64,000 nt of DNA from Thermoplasmatota archaeon (GTDB lineage Archaea > Thermoplasmatota > Penumbrarchaeia > Penumbrarchaeales > Penumbrarchaeaceae). Shown piece by piece: positions 46,965 to 56,467 of the stretch; position 1 is the stretch's first letter, and the number at the start of each line of letters is the position of its first letter. The notes below the pieces were generated by a model, which had not been told where the DNA came from, made no database searches, and was given only the letters and a program-made list of their open reading frames with translations. The DNA is taken from positions 355 through 64,354 of the forward strand of contig JAWOCK010000038.1 of the NCBI GenBank assembly GCA_046483845.1. The letters run 5' to 3'. The translations under genes were made by a program, and so were the position numbers.

Positions 46965-48155
46965 GTGGAGGTCTTGATCTGGGCGGAGTTCATTGTCACA
47001 ATAACGGTGCTGATGATAGTGGCAAGGAAGAGCCTGTGGCTGGCCCTTGCACTCTCCTCTCTGGTCCTCGGTCTTATAGCGGTACCCTTCGGTGACCTTT
47101 CCGTTCTGGTCTTCGAAACAATTACCGATCCCCCGGTGGTGCTCCTGGCCATCTCGGTGGGTCTCATCGCCATGATCGGAGGTGCCCTGGAGATCACCGG
47201 ACTGATCAACCAGCTCATGGACAATACCTCGCTCGGAAGAAGGTCCGCACTGGTGGTGCTGCCTGCAATGCTGGGCATGCTCCCCATACCCGGAGGCGCA
47301 CTTCTCTCCGCGCCGATAGTGAAGAAGGCGGGAGGCGGGGCAGCGGGGGACCTCAAGGTCAGCATCAACGTCTGGTCCCGGCATATTGCCCTTCTATTCT
47401 ATCCCCTCGGGTCCCTTCTCGCAACCACCAAGATGGCTGGGGTGAACCTCTATCAGGCCGTTCTGTACCTGCTACCTGGTCTGGTTCTCACCGTTGTGCT
47501 GATATGGATATTCCTCCTGAGGAAGGTGGAGGGGGGAAAGATGAACCATGGTGAGAAGTACAGAAGAAAAGCACTTCTTCCCGTCGTCCTCATCCTCATC
47601 GCACCGGCCATACATGCATCTCTGATGTACATGTTCCCTTCCGCAATGGAGGAGGTCTTCCTCTTCGTCGGCGTTTGCGTGAGCCTTGCGCTCATCATGT
47701 TGATAAAAGGAAAAGGAGCACGTTTCCTGGTCCCGGTTGCCCTGAAGATGAAGGCCTGGAACTTTGCCCTGATCATATTGGGCCTCTTCGTTTTCCTGAA
47801 GGTTTTCAATGCATCGGATTCCCCGGATGCCATAGCTTCCCTCCCCCTTTCCAGGCCACTGATGGTTGTGCTTGCCGGTGGTTTCCTCGGTATCGTGACC
47901 GGAAGGGTGAACGTTCCCATTTCGGTGATGCTTCCCATACTCTCCACCGCGGCATACCCCGAGATCGGCATCATCACCTTCTCCATCCTCTTCTTCGCTG
48001 TGTTCATCGGTTACCTGATATCACCGGTGCACCCCTGCGTCTCGGTCTCTCTTGAATATTTCAGGACGGACTACATCTCCATGCTGAAAAGAACGATAGT
48101 GCCGGCATTGATCGCCTGGGCATTCACAATGGCAGCTGCCTTCATATTGATATGA
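46965..48155 (+). CDS. DUF401 family membrane transporter-like protein
   Basis: GMLPIPGGALLSAP, NVWSRH, GYLISPVHPC..S.EYF. Confidence 0.8.
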   Translation: MEVLIWAEFIVTITVLMIVARKSLWLALALSSLVLGLIAVPFGDLSVLVFETITDPPVVLLAISVGLIAMIGGALEITGLINQLMDNTSLGRRSALVVLPAMLGMLPIPGGALLSAPIVKKAGGGAAGDLKVSINVWSRHIALLFYPLGSLLATTKMAGVNLYQAVLYLLPGLVLTVVLIWIFLLRKVEGGKMNHGEKYRRKALLPVVLILIAPAIHASLMYMFPSAMEEVFLFVGVCVSLALIMLIKGKGARFLVPVALKMKAWNFALIILGLFVFLKVFNASDSPDAIASLPLSRPLMVVLAGGFLGIVTGRVNVPISVMLPILSTAAYPEIGIITFSILFFAVFIGYLISPVHPCVSVSLEYFRTDYISMLKRTIVPALIAWAFTMAAAFILI

Positions 48156-48279
48156 TCCGGATCTGCTCTCGGAGGGATTGCTCCCGGAGAGGGCGGTGCA
48201 TCGATGACGGATATGTCGAACCTCTCCGGTGGCTTCGATCCCATCCGGTTCTGGCCGAGCAACAAACCATTGAAGATCT

Positions 48280-48501
48280 TTAATCTTGGCGGCTGCATAT
48301 GGAATGCTCTATGGCCTCTTCCGGGCAGGCATTGTAACAGGCGCAGCAGGAGATGCATTTCGTGATGTCCGTGCAGGTCGATCTGTCATCTTCCAGTTCC
48401 AGTATGTTCATGGGACATGCCTGGACGCACTCACCGGACCCTGTGCACTTGTCGTGGTCTATCTCAAGCACAACCTCTCCGTGCTCGTATCTCTTCTTCA
48501 T
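48280..48501 (-). CDS. Dicluster ferredoxin
   Basis: CTGSGECVQACP and CISCCACYNACP; start 48501 or 48516. Confidence 0.88.
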   Translation of the reverse strand: MKKRYEHGEVVLEIDHDKCTGSGECVQACPMNILELEDDRSTCTDITKCISCCACYNACPEEAIEHSICSRQD

Positions 48502-48556
48502 GTTCTCACCAGGCACACATATGACCTTCGGGATATAATGATCCCGGGTGTCATGA

Positions 48557-51500
48557 TCACTCCTCTATATCCATGTCCCTCTTCCTTGTCAGCAAGAAGA
48601 GAACAACGGCTGCAACGAGCAAAAACAACAGGACCGCGACCGCAAGCAGCATAAGCATCGAGACCCCTTTTTCCCCTGGCTGCTGCACCTCACCGGAGAA
48701 ACGGGTCTCCGGATCGTCTCCGGCAGTAGGATCGGTGAAGTAGTAATCGTAGGTCTCACCCTCCTCGAAGAGATCGGACCCCAGTTCCAGGGAGTACTTT
48801 CCGGGCTCGACCTCATCCATCTTCTTCGCCGCTATTACCTCGTCATTCTTCTTGACTATGAAATGGATATCCAGTCCCGGACCTCCTTCGGCAGTTACCT
48901 TCCAGTTACCATCATCATCGATGGTCACATCCGCTGAATAGAGGTCCCATTCCTCTTCATCATCGTCCCCCGCCGACGGGTCTTTCACATGCACCAACAG
49001 GTCCGCCGTGGCGCTCCCTCCCCTGCCGTCGGAAACGGTCAAGGTGACGGTGGTGATGGTCGCTTGTGAATCAAGCGGGAAGTCGATGATCAGCACATTG
49101 CCGGATAGAGCGATGTTCTGTGATACGGTCACCAGCTGCAAGTAGAGGTCCTGGTCATCCACATCATGGATCAGGGGTTCCATGTCAAGAGTGAACTCCT
49201 CCCCTTTGACCACCGTTTTGTTCCAGTCGTCGGGAACATTGAACACCGGCGGGTCATTAACGGGAAGGACCCCGATATCCACCGTGGTGTTCACTTCTTC
49301 CAGTCCATCACTGAGGGTGAGCAGTAAGGTCTCGTTGCCGAACCAGTTCTGAACAGGCTCCAGGGTGAGGTTCCAGGTAGTGGTGTTCAGTACGGTGGTG
49401 ATGTTCTCCCCGGAGACCACCGTCCACTCCAGGGCGCTGCTGTCAACGTCGAACATGTGCCGGGATAGTTCCAGGACATGTACCGTATCCTCCTCCATCC
49501 GGACCGAAGGTATCGGGGGAGTTATGACAGGAGGATCGTTCACCGGACGGACCACGAATTGGAAGGTGCCCTCGGTGTGGTTTCCGAAGGTATCCACCGC
49601 TCTGAAGGTGGCATTGGAGCTCCCGGACCAGTTGCCAAGGGTTGTCTTCACGTAACCCTCCTGAAAGGTGAGGTTCTCACCACCTTGTACGATCTCCGTG
49701 ATGAGATCGTCCATGTCGTAGAAATGGTCCGCAGGATCGAACTCAAGGGAGGTATCCTCGTCGAAATGGAGCACCCCGGGATCGTTGAACACAGGATCAC
49801 CGTCCAGTACCGGGTCCATCCGGATATATTTGGTCCAGTTGACCGATGTGTTCCACTCCCTGGGACCGGAGCTGAACCGGACGCTGCACAGTACATCCTC
49901 GTAGGTGGCCCTGGTCCTGGTGGGAGCATTGGTCCAATCGAACACGAACTTCAGGTCCGGTCCCTCTATCAATCCGGACCGGCCGTCCACGTTCAGCTCC
50001 CTGTGGTATCCGCCTGAAGAGTTGCGGATTTCAACGGTGGTGTAGAGCGGCTCCCCTGATTCGTCGGTGATGTCCATGTCCATGAACCAGGTCGCCCTCA
50101 CCGAGGCATTGAGGTCCATCTGCAGTTTCTCGGTATCGAAGGAGGTGTTCTTGAGGTGGACATGGTAGATGCTCCTGTAATTGGGTTCCAACTCAATATC
50201 TATGTCAGAGGAGTTCACTATCGTGTTGTTCTCCACCAGAATGAACTCCTCCTCGCAGAACATACCGCCGAGGGAGATGGCATAGGAGCAGTTGTAAAGT
50301 TCGTTTTCGCTTATGACCGTGTGGATATTTGAACCGGCATAGATCGAGCCCCCCTCCAATATATTATCCTCTATCCTTACATCCTCCTTTGCCCTGGATA
50401 TGTTCGCCGATGAGACAGTAATCCGGGCCCCTGTCATCCGGTTATTGGATATCAGAACAGGGGAGCTCTCGTAGACCCTGATGGTTCCTCCATTGCTGCA
50501 CAGATTGTCCCTGTAGACGACATTGGTAACATTGCGCAGTTCGGTGGACAACCGTGAATCCGTGATCTGGTATCTGTTGTTGAAAATGGTGGCGTTGTCG
50601 CCGTGCCCGATGTAGAAAGCATTGGTCCCCTCGACACCGTTGAAGACCCAGTTATTCTTCAGGACCAGGTTCTCGAAGCCGAAGAGAGCAAAAAAGGAAT
50701 GGTATCTGTTGTCCAGGTCACCATGGAAATAATTGAGGTCAAGGGTCAGATCGGTGCAGTCCTCCAGCCAGATCATCTTGTAAACATCGCTCTTGAAGAA
50801 CCTGTTGTGGTAGAGGGTCATGTTCCGGATGGGTACAAGAGATTCGATGAACCTGTCCGAAGACCCCCGGCTGCGGAAGAAACGGTTCCCCTCCAGGCGG
50901 ACATCGGTAATGCCGAAGGTGGTGGTCTTGTCCCCCCCAAAGGAAATGGCCAGTTCCTCGTTCTCGCTGAAGGTGTTGTCGATCAGTTTCAGGCCTCGGG
51001 AGAAGGGCTGGGGGCTGTACCCGACCAAAATGCCACCCGACACGCACTCGGTGAACTCGCAGTCGCGGACCGTTGTATTGTATCCATTCTCAATCATACC
51101 CCAACCGCACCTCAGGAATACCGAATCCTCGAAGACAACGTCCAAAGGAGCATACATCTCAACCCCGTTGTAATAATTACTGAAAAAGGTACCTGCATAG
51201 GAGGCGTTCTCTATCAATGTGTTCGACACATGGACATCGGTCCCGAAATGGATGGTGAAGGCGTACTGGGAGTGTTCGATGGATACATGATCGACCCTGC
51301 CGACGGACCCGGTCCTGAAGACGATGCCGAACCATTGTCCTGCGGCGGGGTTCTGGGTCGCGGACAAGAACTCCACCTCATTGCCTTGGGTTCCGTTCAG
51401 GATGAGTCTTCCATCAACGAATATCCTAAGCGGAGGGCTGAACTGTCCGACCTTTACCTCGCATCCTGCCTCGAACTCCACGGTAACCCCGTCATCGATG

Positions 51501-51670
51501 TATACATCGTCGCTCACCGTATAGCTGTCCGCGGAGAACACCGTATCCTCGGTGATGTGTCCAGAGATCATTCCCGCTCTGGTCATCGCTTCAGTACTAC
51601 CTGTGGAGACCAAAGCGGGCCCCAGGCTGATCGAGATCATTAAGATGGTTGCCAAGAATACTTTTTTCAT
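48557..51670 (-). CDS. Large surface protein: parallel beta-helix + cadherin/Ig-like repeats + C-terminal TM
   Basis: Signal peptide; GQWFGIVF; Asn-rich beta-helix repeats; repeated PVNDPP; VSDGRGG; TM + RKR. Confidence 0.82.
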   Translation of the reverse strand: MKKVFLATILMISISLGPALVSTGSTEAMTRAGMISGHITEDTVFSADSYTVSDDVYIDDGVTVEFEAGCEVKVGQFSPPLRIFVDGRLILNGTQGNEVEFLSATQNPAAGQWFGIVFRTGSVGRVDHVSIEHSQYAFTIHFGTDVHVSNTLIENASYAGTFFSNYYNGVEMYAPLDVVFEDSVFLRCGWGMIENGYNTTVRDCEFTECVSGGILVGYSPQPFSRGLKLIDNTFSENEELAISFGGDKTTTFGITDVRLEGNRFFRSRGSSDRFIESLVPIRNMTLYHNRFFKSDVYKMIWLEDCTDLTLDLNYFHGDLDNRYHSFFALFGFENLVLKNNWVFNGVEGTNAFYIGHGDNATIFNNRYQITDSRLSTELRNVTNVVYRDNLCSNGGTIRVYESSPVLISNNRMTGARITVSSANISRAKEDVRIEDNILEGGSIYAGSNIHTVISENELYNCSYAISLGGMFCEEEFILVENNTIVNSSDIDIELEPNYRSIYHVHLKNTSFDTEKLQMDLNASVRATWFMDMDITDESGEPLYTTVEIRNSSGGYHRELNVDGRSGLIEGPDLKFVFDWTNAPTRTRATYEDVLCSVRFSSGPREWNTSVNWTKYIRMDPVLDGDPVFNDPGVLHFDEDTSLEFDPADHFYDMDDLITEIVQGGENLTFQEGYVKTTLGNWSGSSNATFRAVDTFGNHTEGTFQFVVRPVNDPPVITPPIPSVRMEEDTVHVLELSRHMFDVDSSALEWTVVSGENITTVLNTTTWNLTLEPVQNWFGNETLLLTLSDGLEEVNTTVDIGVLPVNDPPVFNVPDDWNKTVVKGEEFTLDMEPLIHDVDDQDLYLQLVTVSQNIALSGNVLIIDFPLDSQATITTVTLTVSDGRGGSATADLLVHVKDPSAGDDDEEEWDLYSADVTIDDDGNWKVTAEGGPGLDIHFIVKKNDEVIAAKKMDEVEPGKYSLELGSDLFEEGETYDYYFTDPTAGDDPETRFSGEVQQPGEKGVSMLMLLAVAVLLFLLVAAVVLFLLTRKRDMDIEE

Positions 51671-51738
51671 TACTGATCCCCCATGTATCCTGATACAACA
51701 ATGAGCGATGTAGGATGTAATATTTTCCATGGTTCGGG

Positions 51739-54700
51739 CTACGGCTCATCCTCACCCTGCTGCCGCGGGGGCACCGGGAGCCTTATCTCCCCTCCTCCCC
51801 TGGACCTTCTGTAGAGAATAATGAAGATCCCTACGAGGACAATAACGGCGGAAACAGAGAACACGATCACCGGCAGCATGGAGGCTTTGTCCTCCTGGAT
51901 TCCATCACTGCTTCCTTCTCCGTCCTCTCCGGTATCATCCTGTGAATCCACATCCGCGACCTTGATGGTCACGGACCTGGATACGTTGTGGCCCTCCGTT
52001 CCGTCGTCGGCATAGAGGGTTATCACGTGCTCTCCCATGGTCGGCTTGAACGATGTGGTCCCGCCGCTGCCTATATATCCGTCCCTGGAGGAGAACCAGG
52101 TGAGCCTCACGTTCTCATATTCACCCAACCCGTCGTCGTAGGTGCCGGTCGCATCCAGCAACACGGTGTCCCCCCCATTGAACTCGGTCCCGTTCTCCGG
52201 TTCCTTTATCCTGGGAACCGGAGGTCGGTCGATCCTGATCCAGGGGACCTCGATAATGGTATTGTAGGTGACCTTGTTCCCCACCAGGTCAAAGACGGTG
52301 AGTGTCAGTTCATGGTCCCCGTTCTCCACCAAAGATTCCACATGAAGGACCATACGATCCGCCGAGAGGTTGATCTCTACTTCCATGGTGGTGCGGTTCT
52401 CATCGGGACCGGTGATATGGACCGAGAGGGACTCGGGATCGACGCCGCAGCCCCCGATGTCCTTGATCTCCAGGTCCATAGAGAGGGTCCTCGTTCCCTC
52501 TGTTCGGTATATCCTCTGTCCTAGGAGGGTCACCACGGGCGCCGTACCGTCATGGAGTATCTCCATGACCGGGGTCCTTCCGGTGTTCCCCATGAGGTCC
52601 GCGTATTCTATCTGCATCCTTGCGGAGCCGCCTGGATCGATATGGGGCTCGACCATGAACCGATATCCTCCCCCGGACGGCTCGATCTCCCGGGGAGCTG
52701 TCCACGGGTCCTCACCCACCCGGTATGAGATGGAGAGCGGGTCAACGCCCACACCCTCCCCGTCATCCACGAACATGAGGATACCGGGATCGGTCTCCCC
52801 GTACCATATCCGAAGGGAGCTGATGTCGAGAGAAGGGGCTTCATCGTCCACCTTGACCCGTGCCTCAACAGGCCGGGACCTCCTATCCACCCAGTCGATC
52901 ATCCGGACCTCCACGGTGGCCGCATCGCCCTCTTTGGGAAGCTCGATATCGGTCCTGTTGGATGGATGGTAAAGAAGATGGGATGGGAAGGGAAGTATAT
53001 CGGAGTATTCATCCCTGTACTCAAGGGTTATGTCAGATCCCATTTTGCGGTTCCTGAAGAACATCAAAAACGGATAAAGCTCTCCCTCCACCATCGGGAG
53101 AGGTCGGACCTCTGACCTATCGTCCACAATGGTCCAGTCCATTATTTTTTTCCCGTCTATCTCCAGGTAGACCTCTCCGTGTCCCTTGAACCAGAACTCC
53201 TGATCAGCCGTCCTCGGTGCCTCCATCCACCCGTGCCACCTCACGCAGTGATCATCAGGGGGCAATATGGAGGGATCGGGGCCGAAGATACCCCATTCGT
53301 CCTCCCCGAAGGTGATGTCGGGGTCCACCCTCTCGAACACGATCTCATGGAAGTCCCTGCCGCTGCAGTAGGTGCCGAAGAGTCCCCCGCTCTCCATCAT
53401 CACGGTCGGGGCGCCCCCGTTCACGGAGTACCTCATCTCCCTGACCCCTGACCCGTTATGGTCGGCTCCGGACCCCACCGGGGAGAAGGAGACAATTTCA
53501 ACTGTACCATCTTGGGTGAACCCCTGGATACCATCCGATCCGGCCCAGAGACCTTCCATCGGGCCCGGTACCTCTGCATCAACGTTCATATCCAGTTCCA
53601 GCCTTCCTGATATTTCAGGCAGTGTCCATGTTGGAAGGTCATTTCCCTTCAGTTCAACGTTCAGGATGTAGTAACCGCGGCGATCAACGGTGAACGACGG
53701 GGGCGGGGTACCGTTGTAGTCGGTCCTCGAAAGCTCTTCTTCCATATCCATTATCACTATACTGATAGGGGCCTGGTCGAGGACCCTGGCCCTGTCACGA
53801 AAGTAGAGCAGCCGGAGTTCTTTGACCTCTATTTGGGCTCCGGGGACCACCGGATCGCCCAGGTTCACCATCATGCTCCCGTTGTTAAACAGGCGAACAT
53901 CCGGGTCCAGCTCCAGGTCCTTTTCCATTATCATCCTGTCGGAGAACAGCCTGTCGACGGAACGGCCGCCCGAGAAGAAGGCGATGACCAGTACGTCCAT
54001 TCTTCCCTTGTGGGGGAACAACAGACCAGGGCGGAAGGAAAAACGCCAATTTCCGTGAATGTTCGATCCGTCGTAGGACACTGATGTCACATTCAACCGG
54101 ACCGTATCGTACGGATCGTTCAGCACCCATCCTCCGTTCTCTATCAGGGCTAATGTGATGTTCGCCGTTGATGGACCAAGGACCACCCTTATCGAGGATA
54201 CATCGGAGTATCCCAAACTCGAGACCAAGGGCACCATCACATCCACCGAACCGTCGCCGCAGTAGACCCTCTTTTCGGCGACGGCGCTCCCGGATATCTC
54301 CATATCCCCTATGAAGATCGGCTTCCCCAGTATAAGATAGACCTCTCCGCAGAAGGGGCGCTCGTTTTCGGGTCCATCCGCCACCGGAGCGGAGACGAGC
54401 AGGTCGACCGCCCCGTCACCGTTCACGTCACCTGTTGAGATCTGCCATCCGAAAGAATCCCTCATGTCCTCTCCTTCTATGATGAAGAGGGCCTTGTCAT
54501 CGTGGAGTTGGACGAAGGTGTTGCCGGATCCTGAAAACACACCTTCATGCTCGAAGACAGCCACCATGCCGGCATATTTCCTGCCCACATGACCGATGTT
54601 GGCCAGGTGCCTGTGAGAGGTGGAGACCAGCAGGTCGACCTTACCATTGCTGTCCATATCCGCAAGATCGAACATGGTTCCCAGCTTGTCACCCGAATAA

Positions 54701-55794
54701 TCATCATACTTACTGTAGGGCTCCGCTCCTATGATCCGTATATCGCAGGAGGCATCACCCTCCATGTACCTGGTGAAGGCCCTACTGTCCTTTCCTTTGA
54801 ACACAAGTATCTCACCGCACTGTGGCTTGTCATCATATATGCCATCGGCACCCGGGGCCCCGACCAGTATGTCGTCCTTTCCGTCCTGGTCGATATCCCT
54901 GAGCATTACCTCCCAGCCGAAATGATCGTGGCTGTCGCTCCCCGATAACCTGACATCCATCACGGTGCTTGGGTCCTTAACAGTTAGGTTCGCGATCTTG
55001 GTAACGTTAAATATTATCAGCACGGAGCCACGATCGTTGGTGGAATAGGCCATCGTGTCATTGAAGGGTGCCCCGATCACCAGGTCCGCCCTACCATCGC
55101 CGTCGATGTCCCCGCTGTCCACGGAAATACCGAAATAGTCCTGATAAGGGGAAACGATCACGGTCCGGCTCCCGTTGCTCCATGTGATCTGCAGGCGGTC
55201 CTGGATATCCTTTGAGTAATGGCCAACCATGGAACTGACCAGGTCGTCGATGCCGTCCCCGTCCATGTCTCCCGAGAAGGCGAGGTTGCTGAAGGGGAAC
55301 TGGTCCGGAGGCTGGAAGCATCCGTAGGGAACATATGAGCTTGACCTGCCCGAACTGTAATGTATCACGCCGTTGGACCCGGTGGATGCCACCACCTCCG
55401 GTATCCCGTCACCGTCGAAGTCCCCGGTCTGCACCTGCTCGCCCGTGTAGACCTTGGAGACCTCATCCGTATCGGAGAGGTCCACAACCGGAGGGAGCTC
55501 TCCCTCACTCTGGTTGAAACATAACACCCCTCCCCCTCCGCCTGACACTTGCCCCTTGATGAATATGTCGTCGTTCTCGTCCCCGTCCTGGTCCGAGAGC
55601 TTGGCAAATGTGCCGGTCCTTGCACCGGAAACCCCGATGAACGTCACCGACGCGGCCTCGGATGCCAGCATCCTTCCGGTGTTGGAGTGCCCCATGTAAT
55701 TTCCCTCCGCAGGGTCCGAGAGAACGAGCGCTGCAGGGAATATTATGTGGAATGCAAATACAACGAATACAATTGATGCCTTATAGTTGTACAG
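51739..55794 (-). CDS. Large surface protein: FG-GAP repeats + PA14 + Ig/PKD-like domains + C-terminal TM
   Basis: Repeated GDxDGDG..DL..GAP; PA14-like DHCVRWHGW; WFSSRDG. Frame is open 33 codons upstream of ATG 55695 to CTG 55794 behind GGAGG, adding a signal peptide. Confidence 0.82.
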   Translation of the reverse strand: MYNYKASIVFVVFAFHIIFPAALVLSDPAEGNYMGHSNTGRMLASEAASVTFIGVSGARTGTFAKLSDQDGDENDDIFIKGQVSGGGGGVLCFNQSEGELPPVVDLSDTDEVSKVYTGEQVQTGDFDGDGIPEVVASTGSNGVIHYSSGRSSSYVPYGCFQPPDQFPFSNLAFSGDMDGDGIDDLVSSMVGHYSKDIQDRLQITWSNGSRTVIVSPYQDYFGISVDSGDIDGDGRADLVIGAPFNDTMAYSTNDRGSVLIIFNVTKIANLTVKDPSTVMDVRLSGSDSHDHFGWEVMLRDIDQDGKDDILVGAPGADGIYDDKPQCGEILVFKGKDSRAFTRYMEGDASCDIRIIGAEPYSKYDDYSGDKLGTMFDLADMDSNGKVDLLVSTSHRHLANIGHVGRKYAGMVAVFEHEGVFSGSGNTFVQLHDDKALFIIEGEDMRDSFGWQISTGDVNGDGAVDLLVSAPVADGPENERPFCGEVYLILGKPIFIGDMEISGSAVAEKRVYCGDGSVDVMVPLVSSLGYSDVSSIRVVLGPSTANITLALIENGGWVLNDPYDTVRLNVTSVSYDGSNIHGNWRFSFRPGLLFPHKGRMDVLVIAFFSGGRSVDRLFSDRMIMEKDLELDPDVRLFNNGSMMVNLGDPVVPGAQIEVKELRLLYFRDRARVLDQAPISIVIMDMEEELSRTDYNGTPPPSFTVDRRGYYILNVELKGNDLPTWTLPEISGRLELDMNVDAEVPGPMEGLWAGSDGIQGFTQDGTVEIVSFSPVGSGADHNGSGVREMRYSVNGGAPTVMMESGGLFGTYCSGRDFHEIVFERVDPDITFGEDEWGIFGPDPSILPPDDHCVRWHGWMEAPRTADQEFWFKGHGEVYLEIDGKKIMDWTIVDDRSEVRPLPMVEGELYPFLMFFRNRKMGSDITLEYRDEYSDILPFPSHLLYHPSNRTDIELPKEGDAATVEVRMIDWVDRRSRPVEARVKVDDEAPSLDISSLRIWYGETDPGILMFVDDGEGVGVDPLSISYRVGEDPWTAPREIEPSGGGYRFMVEPHIDPGGSARMQIEYADLMGNTGRTPVMEILHDGTAPVVTLLGQRIYRTEGTRTLSMDLEIKDIGGCGVDPESLSVHITGPDENRTTMEVEINLSADRMVLHVESLVENGDHELTLTVFDLVGNKVTYNTIIEVPWIRIDRPPVPRIKEPENGTEFNGGDTVLLDATGTYDDGLGEYENVRLTWFSSRDGYIGSGGTTSFKPTMGEHVITLYADDGTEGHNVSRSVTIKVADVDSQDDTGEDGEGSSDGIQEDKASMLPVIVFSVSAVIVLVGIFIILYRRSRGGGEIRLPVPPRQQGEDEP

Positions 55795-55965
55795 CGTGCT
55801 TCCTCCACCTATTTCACCGGAACAGCTTGTATTTTAACGGATCGGTTCATCCGTTGGATCATTGTACACATGTTCAAAGGGTCACCCATGTTCCGATACT
55901 GTGCATCACTCGAACATATCAGGGGACCCTCGCCCCTTTGGTCCAGGTCGAAGGCTGTTAGGGGC

Positions 55966-56442
55966 TCACCTTATCTTGAAGATCCTGGACCTGCGGGGGT
56001 CATCTGACCACTCTATGATCAGGTCCATGTCGAACTCGTCCTCTGCGAGCCTGACCACCTCGAGCAACTTGGCCCTGATATCCAGCTCGGGTCCGTTTCC
56101 GATCCCGGAGCAGTGTGAGTGGACCCTGATCTCATAGTGTTCACCGACCCTCTTCAGTATGAAAGGATACCCCCTGCAGATATTGGGCCTTCGAGGATGT
56201 ATCAGACATCTATTGTTTTCGAGATGCCTGCAGTGTCCGTCCACGGGCTCCCCTATGTACTCCCTGAGAGAGACATCCAACCATGTACGGGTGAAAACGT
56301 TGCCGCAGCATTTACCGCATCCGATGCACTCCCAGCGGAAACCCTCATCGATAGGTATGAAATCCTCGGGTCCCGCAGAGTACGGGATCCCCCCAAAATT
56401 CAGCTCATCTTCTTCCAAGGCCGTCGAAAAGGGCAGTAACAT
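55966..56442 (-). CDS. YkgJ family cysteine-cluster protein
   Basis: CIGCGKCC...CRHL...CLIHPRRPNICRGYPF...CSGIG. Confidence 0.85.
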   Translation of the reverse strand: MLLPFSTALEEDELNFGGIPYSAGPEDFIPIDEGFRWECIGCGKCCGNVFTRTWLDVSLREYIGEPVDGHCRHLENNRCLIHPRRPNICRGYPFILKRVGEHYEIRVHSHCSGIGNGPELDIRAKLLEVVRLAEDEFDMDLIIEWSDDPRRSRIFKIR

Positions 56443-56467
56443 GGTAGTACTTAAACGGTTCTTTTGA

